IMG/VR virus record: IMGVR_UViG_3300030085_002462
From: a virus
Length of the DNA stretch: 64,000 bases
Direction: 5' to 3' (one strand)
This document shows, one piece after another, positions 26,313-34,405 of this stretch. The translations under genes and the position numbers were made by a program. Within the stretch, counting starts at the first letter, position 1, and each line of letters starts with the position of its first letter. The notes under the pieces were generated by a model. That model was not told the origin of the DNA. It did not search any database and saw only the letters and a list, made by a program, of their open reading frames with translations.

Positions 26313-29278
26313 TGGCAGAAGCAACTATTAGAAAGTTTGTAAAGATCAAACCAATGACGGGTAAAACCAACTTTGGTCAGTCTTTTAATGCCTTGCGCTT
26401 ATCTTTCAATAGAATTGGTAGTGGTGTAGAAGGAGTCGGACAAAACTTAAAAGAGACTACAACTCTATTAGAATTTCAGACAAAATTCTTTTCTGATAAA
26501 GGTAGAGCAGATGTAAAAGAGATTGAGGATGATGTAAAGAAAGAAGTCTCTTTGTGGTCTAGGGTTAAAAACTTTCTCAAGAAGAAGAGAGCAACAAAGA
26601 AGAGAAAGGTAGCAGAGCAAGCCTCCGAGGAAATGGCGAAGGAGGTGCCGAAAGAGGTAGAAAAAGGTAAGAAGAAAATGAAGAAACCGATGGGTTTCTT
26701 CAGTAAGTTGATGGGATTCTTAGGGACCATCTTCAAATATTTTATTGTATTTGGTGCCTTAGACTGGTTAAGTAAGAATGGCGATAAGATCGTAAAGGTC
26801 GCCAAACTATTTTGGACGATAGGCAAATTCGTCTTCAAATTGACGAGCCTTGCAATAGGCTCAATCATGGATGGACTGACCAATATCTTTGGTCGTGGAT
26901 TCAATGAGTCAGGTATTAAGAGGGGATTCCGCTTCGTAGGTGGAATACTTCAACTTGCTGGAGGCTTGATGGGTCTCCGCTATTTGATGAGACCATGGAA
27001 ACTTGTGACTGACGCAAGAATGGTCATGGGCATGTTCCAGAATTTGGGCAAACAGAATGCCGCTACAGAGCAGCGTCAGCAGGCATTCAAAAACGGGTAT
27101 ATTGATAAAGAAACGGGCAGACCTTATACTAAGCAAGAGTATGAGGCGATGCGTAAAGCCGCCAAGCGTAAAGGTAAACTTGCTGACTTTGAAGGTAGAT
27201 TTAAGAGCACACGCGGTCCACTAGGTAGAGCTAAGGACAATATAGGTCGTAGAGCTGGCAATATCTACAAAGGTGCCAAGGGTAGAATGGGTGGTGCCTT
27301 TAATAAATTCAAAGGCTCCAAGATGGGTATGCGCTCTAGTGGAGCGCTGAAAAGAATTGGTGGTGGTAGTGTTAAAGGTGGACTAGCAACTGGTGCATTC
27401 GCTGCTGTGGGTGGTATCACTCGTACAATGGCAGGTCTTGCATCTGGTGAAGCAGAAGGTAGAGCAGTTGGTGCTGGTGTAGGTCAGGCAGCTGGATCTA
27501 TTGCTGGTGCAGCAGCAGTCACTGCTATCGCACCTTTCCTAGGTCCTTTGGCACCTATGATTGGTAGTGCCATTGGTGGTTTCTTAGGTGAGAAACTTGG
27601 TGCATTTATTGGTGACACTATGCAAGGCATAGTTGAGCCACTTAAGCAGCTCTTCAGTATTAGTATGGAGGTGATAGGTGCTGCATTCAAACCTCTCTTG
27701 GATGAAGCGATGGGCTTCCTCAGTGTATTCTTTGAGGTTATTGGTGGTTTAGTTGGATTCTTGCTTGGTGGTGCATTCAAAGTTATTGCTGCGTTTACCA
27801 AGTTTGTATTTGGCACGGGATTTAAGATTATTGGTGAGACAGTTTCTCTTGTTATAAGGAATGTCAAGAGATTGATGAATCCTGGCAGTGTTGCTGCTGG
27901 TATCTTTGACTTCTTTACCTTTAACGCATTTGATGTAGATAAAGGTGGTAAAGCTGCAGGTGGTAAGGTTGATGCACCTAAGATGGCTGAGGGTGGGTAT
28001 GTAAACCTACCTCAAATCACACTCGCAAAGGTTATTGGCACAGGTATTCTAAAGACCATTAAAACGGTCATGCAGTTGCTTGGACCTTTGGGTGAAGTAA
28101 TTAGAGCAAATATTTCTGGAGAGCTTGCTAAGTTAGACGGCATCTTTAATCAATTCTCAGAGGGTGGACCATTTGATGGATCCATAGAGATGCGTGCAAG
28201 AGGTGGTTCTGTTAGGAAGAAGCGTCCTAAACAAGGTACTACCTCCGAAGACAGAATGGCAGGGGGTGAAAAATTTAAGAAACCCAAACCATATGCTAAG
28301 GGTGGAAAGATCTTCCTTCACTGGACAGGTGGCGGATATAACTTCAAATCTAAAGGTCACTACCACAGCATCATTCAGGGTGATGGTAGTGTTTATAAGG
28401 CACACCCATATGATCAGAGAACTGGTGTTGCACATACCTACCTAAGAAACAGTAGTGGTATTGGTATGAGTATCGCTGCTATGGGTGGTAATCCAGATTA
28501 CTGGAGTGTCCCTGTAAAGGATGTGCAGGTCGATGCATTGGCAAAAGAAATTGCCAACGTTGGTAAAGCATGGGGATGGAGTCCTAATGATATCAACATT
28601 AAGAATGTGATGACTCATGCTGAGGCAGCATCTGGTAAAGATGGTCTGTTGCCTAGGAATGATAACTATGGTCCTACAATGTGGGGTGGTGATGGCACAC
28701 GTTGGGACCTCTTACGTCTGAAGAAAGGTGGTAAAGACGGTGAGGGTGGTAATATCATCCGTGCTAAGGCACGCGGTTATATGGGTGGTGATTCCACTGT
28801 TAGAGAAATTGATGGTACAACCACTTCCCCTAAAACTGCAGCGACACCTGGTGCAGCAGCTCCGAGTGATAGTTCTGGGACAGATTTACCTGAGACGGAG
28901 CAGAAAGAAGAGAAGAAAGACAGCATTGCTACTAGAGTTGAGTCAATCAAAGAAGCAATTAACAAGCTCAAGGAAGCATTTGGTGGTGGATTCTCTGAGT
29001 CATTGAATCCTGCTCCACCAGCTCCTGCTCCTACTAGCACTGCATCTTCTGGTGCTGATGTCAGTATGAGTGCAACAGACACTGCAGTGAATCAACAGAT
29101 CACAGCTATGAATGTATTGAAAGAGAAAGCTCACCAGGTTGAGAAGGAAGAGCTGGAAGAATCTCTTCCAATACCTGTAATGGTCAAAGTACCTGTGGAA
29201 ATCCCGATAAATAATGGGGGCGGCGTGTCAAATAGAATCGTCGAAGTTAACACTACAAATGGAATGCTAACTAGGTAA
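26312..29278 (+). CDS. Tape-measure / gp29-like protein A with C-terminal amidase_2-like domain
   Basis: Long helical, amphipathic Gly/Ala-rich body; IFLHWTGG...HTY.RNS.GIG...VMTHAE zinc-amidase pattern at about 28300-28780. Confidence 0.7.
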   Translation: MAEATIRKFVKIKPMTGKTNFGQSFNALRLSFNRIGSGVEGVGQNLKETTTLLEFQTKFFSDKGRADVKEIEDDVKKEVSLWSRVKNFLKKKRATKKRKVAEQASEEMAKEVPKEVEKGKKKMKKPMGFFSKLMGFLGTIFKYFIVFGALDWLSKNGDKIVKVAKLFWTIGKFVFKLTSLAIGSIMDGLTNIFGRGFNESGIKRGFRFVGGILQLAGGLMGLRYLMRPWKLVTDARMVMGMFQNLGKQNAATEQRQQAFKNGYIDKETGRPYTKQEYEAMRKAAKRKGKLADFEGRFKSTRGPLGRAKDNIGRRAGNIYKGAKGRMGGAFNKFKGSKMGMRSSGALKRIGGGSVKGGLATGAFAAVGGITRTMAGLASGEAEGRAVGAGVGQAAGSIAGAAAVTAIAPFLGPLAPMIGSAIGGFLGEKLGAFIGDTMQGIVEPLKQLFSISMEVIGAAFKPLLDEAMGFLSVFFEVIGGLVGFLLGGAFKVIAAFTKFVFGTGFKIIGETVSLVIRNVKRLMNPGSVAAGIFDFFTFNAFDVDKGGKAAGGKVDAPKMAEGGYVNLPQITLAKVIGTGILKTIKTVMQLLGPLGEVIRANISGELAKLDGIFNQFSEGGPFDGSIEMRARGGSVRKKRPKQGTTSEDRMAGGEKFKKPKPYAKGGKIFLHWTGGGYNFKSKGHYHSIIQGDGSVYKAHPYDQRTGVAHTYLRNSSGIGMSIAAMGGNPDYWSVPVKDVQVDALAKEIANVGKAWGWSPNDINIKNVMTHAEAASGKDGLLPRNDNYGPTMWGGDGTRWDLLRLKKGGKDGEGGNIIRAKARGYMGGDSTVREIDGTTTSPKTAATPGAAAPSDSSGTDLPETEQKEEKKDSIATRVESIKEAINKLKEAFGGGFSESLNPAPPAPAPTSTASSGADVSMSATDTAVNQQITAMNVLKEKAHQVEKEELEESLPIPVMVKVPVEIPINNGGGVSNRIVEVNTTNGMLTR

Positions 29279-32199
29279 TGGCAGATATCCAGCAACCACA
29301 AGTAAAAGTACAGAGAGCTCGGCTCTATAAGTATGTTTCCTTCAAAGGGAAGATGACTGGTGCTGCCAAGAAATACACTCCACTTACTGCAGCAAAGAGA
29401 CTGACAGATGTAGAGAGTGATATGAGTTTGGGGATGAAGAATCTCCTAGGTGGTGTTAATAGTATTGGTGCAACACTGAATAGTGTAGCTATGACATGCG
29501 AGAATATGAATCTCGCTATCAAAGAAAGTGTTGCAGCTCAAGTATCAGCAGCTAACAATGTAACAAGAAGCAAAAAGAAAGCTGAAACTGATAAGCAAAG
29601 ATTACAGCGTAGGAAAGCTGCTGCAGATAAGAAGAAAGAGCAGGAGGCAGGCAGAGACAGCGCTGAAGATGAAGTTGAAATGACCTCTAAGGCTCATTTC
29701 CTGAATGCCATGGAGAATTTCAAGGCTGCAGGAAAGAGTGCTCTGAGTGGCATCCTAGGGACTCTAGGTAAGTTGTTTATGTGGTTAATGGGTGGATTTG
29801 TCAAATTCGCCATATTTAATTGGATCATTGAAAATCCAGGTAAAGTCCAGAAGTTAGCTAAAGGACTGTTTGCGATAGGTAAAACTATCTACAAAGTCAC
29901 CAGCTTTCTGGTTGGTATGTCATTTGATGGCATTACAAAATTCCTTGAGAATCCAATCAGTCTCAAAGGTCTCTTAGGATTTGGGCAATTCCTTATAGGG
30001 TTTGTACCTCTGTTAGGTGCATACGCATTCCTTAAGAATCCCAAGGCAATGATCTCTGGGCTCGCCAATGTGCTCAAGGGATTGATTACAGGTCTGGGTA
30101 ACTTGATGAAGGGTGGTAAACTCTTCAGCAAGATGAAGACCTTTGGTCAGAAGTTTAGACCAGGTACGAGAGCTGGAGCCATCTTGGGCTCTGTTGCAGC
30201 TGGCACAGCTGCTGCTTCACTGGTTGCAGCAGGTGGTGGTAGCACCTCTGAGGTAGTCGGTGCAGGTGTTGGTGCAGGTGCTGGTCAAGCAATCGGTGCT
30301 GCTCTGGGTGCAAAGACAGGCATACCTGGCATGGGTATGGTTGCTGGTGCTGCGGGTGGTTTCCTAGGTGGAAAGATAGGACAGTCTATCGGTGGCATGA
30401 TGGAGCCACTGGTCACTCCTATTAAAGAATTCTTCACAATGATGAAGGAGGTGTTTGATGCTGCTATCGCACCTATTAAGGATGGTTTGACTGAATTCTT
30501 TGATGCTCTGGGAGCAGTGATGGGAGGATTCATTGAATTCCTCAAGCCTCATATGCCTATGATCAAGAAGATCGTTGGCACAAGCGTTAAAGTTATATTT
30601 GCACCACTGCTATTACTGCTGAAAGGATTGACAGCAGTCCTTAAATTCTTTGCACCTAGTGGTAAAGCTGAGAAAGATAAAGAAGTCAAAGGTAAGGCTG
30701 CTGGTGGTAAGATAGTCACACCTTCAATTAGTCCACCGCCTGGTTTACCTGAGGCGGAAGAAGGTGGCACAATGACCATACCTGGTCAGATTACAGGGTG
30801 GTTTAGCCACCAAATGGAAGAAGTCAAGAAGTTACTGAGTGGATTCGGTGAGCTTCTTATGCTTCCATTCAAAGCAATCGCCAATGGTTTAGCTGGTGCA
30901 GTTGGTGATATGGTCGGCAATATTCCTATTGTTGGTGGTCTAATCAAAGGCGCTGGTAATTTACTAGGCAACGTATTCGGTTGGAATAAAGGAAGGGCAG
31001 CAGGTGGATGGATCCAAGGTCCGAAGTCAGGTTATCCTGTGTCCCTTGATGGTGGTAGATCTGTATCTTTCATTGGTCATGGCACAGAATGGGTGGGGTA
31101 TAAAAAGGCGGCTGCTGGTGGTGCCTTTGTTGTCCCATTTGATACTCCTGCAACTGACAGAAATCATGGACTCACCTCCCTAAGATGGAGAGAGGCCGCG
31201 GCGGGTGGTTATCAACTACCACAATTCTCTGGTGGTGGTGAGTTTGATGCAGTCTTAGATCTCATCGCTAAGTATGAGTCGGGCTCAGGTGGATATGAGG
31301 CAATGTATCCAAGCACTGTGCTCAAGGGTGCCACTAAGATGACTATCTCAGAGGTTGCTCGTAAGGCAACTGGTGCAGTGGGTATGTATCAAAACATGCC
31401 TGAATTCTTGGTAAGTAGAGCTCGCGCAGTTGGGCTGAATCCTGCTAGAGCTAAGTATAATAAGTCAAACCAGAGAAAGATCGCTAAGTATCTCATCGGT
31501 AAGGGTCAAGCAGGTGTGACTCCTCAGATGATGAAGGATGATCCTGATGAGGCAATGATCAGACTGTCTAAAGTCTGGGCTGCAATCCCTGTGCCTAAGG
31601 ATATGCAGGGACATAAAAAGATGCTTAAGAAAGGTGAGTCATATTATGCAGGTGTAGGTAGCAATAAAGCACACATCACCCCTGAGATGATGTATAAGGC
31701 GATGGCATCAACAGGTAGTGCCACTGCAACAGATACATCCACTGGTGATACGACACCAGCCTATGAGAAGAATCGTAAAAAGAATAATGAGAGTAAGAGC
31801 TCAGGATCAGACAGCTCAGGAGAAGACAAGAAAACAGAAGGTAAGTCACCTATTGATAGACTGAAAGAGTCCTTCAATCTACTGAAGGAAGCATTCAGCC
31901 CAGACATGGTGAGCTCACTTAAACCTAGCGCTACTGCTGGATCTACTATTGATAGTAAAGAGCAGGACCGTAAAGAAAATAAGGCAAACGCTATTAAACA
32001 GAGAGCTGAAGAAATTCAGGCATACCAACAGGCAAGCAGTCAAGCAATCGGTGCAGTGCAGAAACAAGGTGCAGCTGCAGGTGACACAGAGGTCCTTAGT
32101 TTCCTACCTGGTAAGGATAAATATGACGTAGATGATTTCTTCCAGCCTAAGTTTGGGTTGGTTGCTGATTCCAATACGGAAGCGTTTAACTTGATGTAA
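29278..32199 (+). CDS. Tape-measure / gp29-like protein B with lambda-lysozyme-like domain
   Basis: Paralogous architecture to protein A; VLDLIAKYESG.GGYEAMY...TKMTISEV...AVGMYQ...LSKVWAAIP at about 31240-31710. Confidence 0.7.
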   Translation: MADIQQPQVKVQRARLYKYVSFKGKMTGAAKKYTPLTAAKRLTDVESDMSLGMKNLLGGVNSIGATLNSVAMTCENMNLAIKESVAAQVSAANNVTRSKKKAETDKQRLQRRKAAADKKKEQEAGRDSAEDEVEMTSKAHFLNAMENFKAAGKSALSGILGTLGKLFMWLMGGFVKFAIFNWIIENPGKVQKLAKGLFAIGKTIYKVTSFLVGMSFDGITKFLENPISLKGLLGFGQFLIGFVPLLGAYAFLKNPKAMISGLANVLKGLITGLGNLMKGGKLFSKMKTFGQKFRPGTRAGAILGSVAAGTAAASLVAAGGGSTSEVVGAGVGAGAGQAIGAALGAKTGIPGMGMVAGAAGGFLGGKIGQSIGGMMEPLVTPIKEFFTMMKEVFDAAIAPIKDGLTEFFDALGAVMGGFIEFLKPHMPMIKKIVGTSVKVIFAPLLLLLKGLTAVLKFFAPSGKAEKDKEVKGKAAGGKIVTPSISPPPGLPEAEEGGTMTIPGQITGWFSHQMEEVKKLLSGFGELLMLPFKAIANGLAGAVGDMVGNIPIVGGLIKGAGNLLGNVFGWNKGRAAGGWIQGPKSGYPVSLDGGRSVSFIGHGTEWVGYKKAAAGGAFVVPFDTPATDRNHGLTSLRWREAAAGGYQLPQFSGGGEFDAVLDLIAKYESGSGGYEAMYPSTVLKGATKMTISEVARKATGAVGMYQNMPEFLVSRARAVGLNPARAKYNKSNQRKIAKYLIGKGQAGVTPQMMKDDPDEAMIRLSKVWAAIPVPKDMQGHKKMLKKGESYYAGVGSNKAHITPEMMYKAMASTGSATATDTSTGDTTPAYEKNRKKNNESKSSGSDSSGEDKKTEGKSPIDRLKESFNLLKEAFSPDMVSSLKPSATAGSTIDSKEQDRKENKANAIKQRAEEIQAYQQASSQAIGAVQKQGAAAGDTEVLSFLPGKDKYDVDDFFQPKFGLVADSNTEAFNLM

Positions 32200-32200
32200 T

Positions 32201-33604
32201 ATGGCAGAGAGAAAGTCAAAACAGTATAAACTCAACGAGCTAAGCATCGAGATTCAGCCCGAGATCGATCCTAAGGAAAAGATTGATGCCAAGGCACGCC
32301 AAAAGGGTGAGAGAGTCTTTGATATGGCAGCTATTGTAGCGTCATTTAAGTATGTTGAATCTATTGAATCACCTTTCCTAAGATGTGATATCACTGTTGT
32401 GGATGCTACTGACTTCAACAAAATGTTGAGAGGTGGTGAGACTGTTAGTATTAACTTGGTAACAGATTCATCCAAGGATTCTCCACTAAACATTAAGCTC
32501 AGAGTGTATAAGATTGGCTCAGTGATCAAGCGTGAGAGAGCTCAGATGTTTGTTTTGCACTGTGTGTCACCTGAGGCATATAACAACGAGTTAAACAAGG
32601 TATTCAATGCATTTGGTCCTGGTGAAGGATCTAAGAATGTAGACAATATCCCTAGACATATTGTCAAGAAGTATCTCAAAGCAGATAACAAGAAGGCTCG
32701 GGAGAAAAACTTCGAGGCACATAGTAAGCTGAGCTTTATCAGCCCAAACTGGAGACCTACTGACTGTATCGCATACATCGGTGACAAAGTAACCAGACAG
32801 AATGGTAAAGGTAATGTATCCACAGCTCAGTCTGGATATATGTTTTTTGAAAATAAAGATGGATTCCAATTTAGATCCATCGATGGTATGTGTGAAGGTG
32901 CTCTGATGGAAGACAGAGATAAGTTTAAGTATACTTACACACAGCAAGGTGTAGAGGGGACAAGCGGTTTCTATAACATTGAGACAGTGCAATTCCCTGA
33001 TAAGGCAAACCATATCGAGAAGATGAGGTATGGTGCATACAAATCTCTAGCGATTGGTATCTCCATTCCTAAGCCCACAGACAGCTCAATGACACAGACA
33101 GGTGCTACTTCTGATAAGAAGAGCTCACCTGCTGGGACAATCTCTGGACCTAGAGAAATGAAATTTGGTGATCTATTCAAGAGAGCTAGCACCCTTGAAA
33201 AAGAGCCACCATATAAAGTTGGTAAGATGATGGAAGCATCACCAACCAGAAATAAGATCAGAATTGTGCCTGCATTTAAGAATCAAGCAGGGTTAGGAGA
33301 TGCTAACAACGGCACCACCACCCATATAGATACATTAAATGTTGCAGAATATGCAGCGGCTCGCTACAATCTACTTAAAGCAATCAAATTGGAGGTTGAA
33401 GTACCTGGCAATACTGGACTAGGGGCGGGGCATATTATACAGGTCGCAATCCCTGCCGCTAAGCAAGAAGGTAAGACCGTTAAAGAGGACCTGATCTACA
33501 GTGGTCATTATCTAATTGCATCATTACAACATATCTACCGAAAGGAAGGTATTACAACTAAGATGACCTTACTAAGGGATTCTATCAAAAAACAAAACTA
33601 CTAA
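32201..33604 (+). CDS. Baseplate hub protein (gp27-like)
   Basis: YVESIESPF...D.......GGE, and C-terminal VPGN.GL.AG..I...SGHYLIASLQH; located between the tape measure and gp5. Confidence 0.65.
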   Translation: MAERKSKQYKLNELSIEIQPEIDPKEKIDAKARQKGERVFDMAAIVASFKYVESIESPFLRCDITVVDATDFNKMLRGGETVSINLVTDSSKDSPLNIKLRVYKIGSVIKRERAQMFVLHCVSPEAYNNELNKVFNAFGPGEGSKNVDNIPRHIVKKYLKADNKKAREKNFEAHSKLSFISPNWRPTDCIAYIGDKVTRQNGKGNVSTAQSGYMFFENKDGFQFRSIDGMCEGALMEDRDKFKYTYTQQGVEGTSGFYNIETVQFPDKANHIEKMRYGAYKSLAIGISIPKPTDSSMTQTGATSDKKSSPAGTISGPREMKFGDLFKRASTLEKEPPYKVGKMMEASPTRNKIRIVPAFKNQAGLGDANNGTTTHIDTLNVAEYAAARYNLLKAIKLEVEVPGNTGLGAGHIIQVAIPAAKQEGKTVKEDLIYSGHYLIASLQHIYRKEGITTKMTLLRDSIKKQNY

Positions 33605-33625
33605 TCCTATACGCTTCTAACAACA

Positions 33626-33853
33626 ATGGAAAATATCGAAGCACATATCCAGAAGGATAAAGAAATTCTGGACAATCCTAACACAAATCCTCAAATGCGT
33701 CGTCACATCGAAAGCGAATTGCATGATCTAGAGGATTATGTTGAGCACCACAAGAAAGAAATCGAAGCAGGAGATCATCACGATCCCACATATCTCGAGC
33801 TTTATTGCGATCAATTCCCATCAGAGCCTGAGTGCCTAGTATATGAAGACTAA
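33626..33853 (+). CDS. cp12: CP12 Calvin-cycle inhibitor (phage type, C-terminal Cys pair only)
   Basis: C-terminal LELYCDQFPSEPECLVYED. Confidence 0.9.
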   Translation: MENIEAHIQKDKEILDNPNTNPQMRRHIESELHDLEDYVEHHKKEIEAGDHHDPTYLELYCDQFPSEPECLVYED

Positions 33854-33865
33854 AAAGTGATACAT

Positions 33866-33904
33866 AAAGGGGGGTTGACAAACCTCCTTTTTTATTATTA
33901 TAAT
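33866..33904 (+). terminator. Terminator overlapping a sigma70 promoter for cpeT
   Basis: AAAGGGGG...CCTCCTTT stem plus T run, with TTGACA(33875-80) in the loop region and TATAAT at 33899-904. Confidence 0.7.
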
Positions 33905-33920
33905 TAACCATGAAAGGGTT

Positions 33921-34388
33921 ATGAGGAACTTTGAAGAGCTTATATTGGGGCATTGGTTAAATAAACATCAAGCATTCAGTAACCCGAGGACTTGGCCAAT
34001 GATTCACCTTAGATACACTAAGGTAGAAGATGGCGTCCTAGAATTCAAATCATGGTATAATTATTTGAATGATTCACAACCATATCGTCATAACTATTTC
34101 TTCTGGAGATATGAGACTGATGGTTTGGTAAGAGTAGAATCAGTAAACCTATTAGATCCTGAAAAGAAATATGGTTGTCCCTATTGTATTGTATGGGATG
34201 GCGAATACTGGACAGGTAAACCTGACGGTCCTTGTGTCTCTAGAGGACTTGAAGTAGAAAGCACAATGAAATTCAATGATTACGAGTACTTTGCCCGTGA
34301 TGCTGGTAGAAAAGTTGATACTGGTGAATTAGTTTGGGGTAAGGAAGGAGATAAAGGAGAATTTCATTTCAAGAGAGTGACTAAATAA
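33921..34388 (+). CDS. cpeT: CpeT/CpcT-like phycobiliprotein lyase
   Basis: GHWLNKHQAFSNP..WPMIHLRY, PYRH, GC, RDAG.....GELVWG. Confidence 0.8.
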   Translation: MRNFEELILGHWLNKHQAFSNPRTWPMIHLRYTKVEDGVLEFKSWYNYLNDSQPYRHNYFFWRYETDGLVRVESVNLLDPEKKYGCPYCIVWDGEYWTGKPDGPCVSRGLEVESTMKFNDYEYFARDAGRKVDTGELVWGKEGDKGEFHFKRVTK

Positions 34389-34405
34389 AAGAAACCCTTT
34401 ATAAG

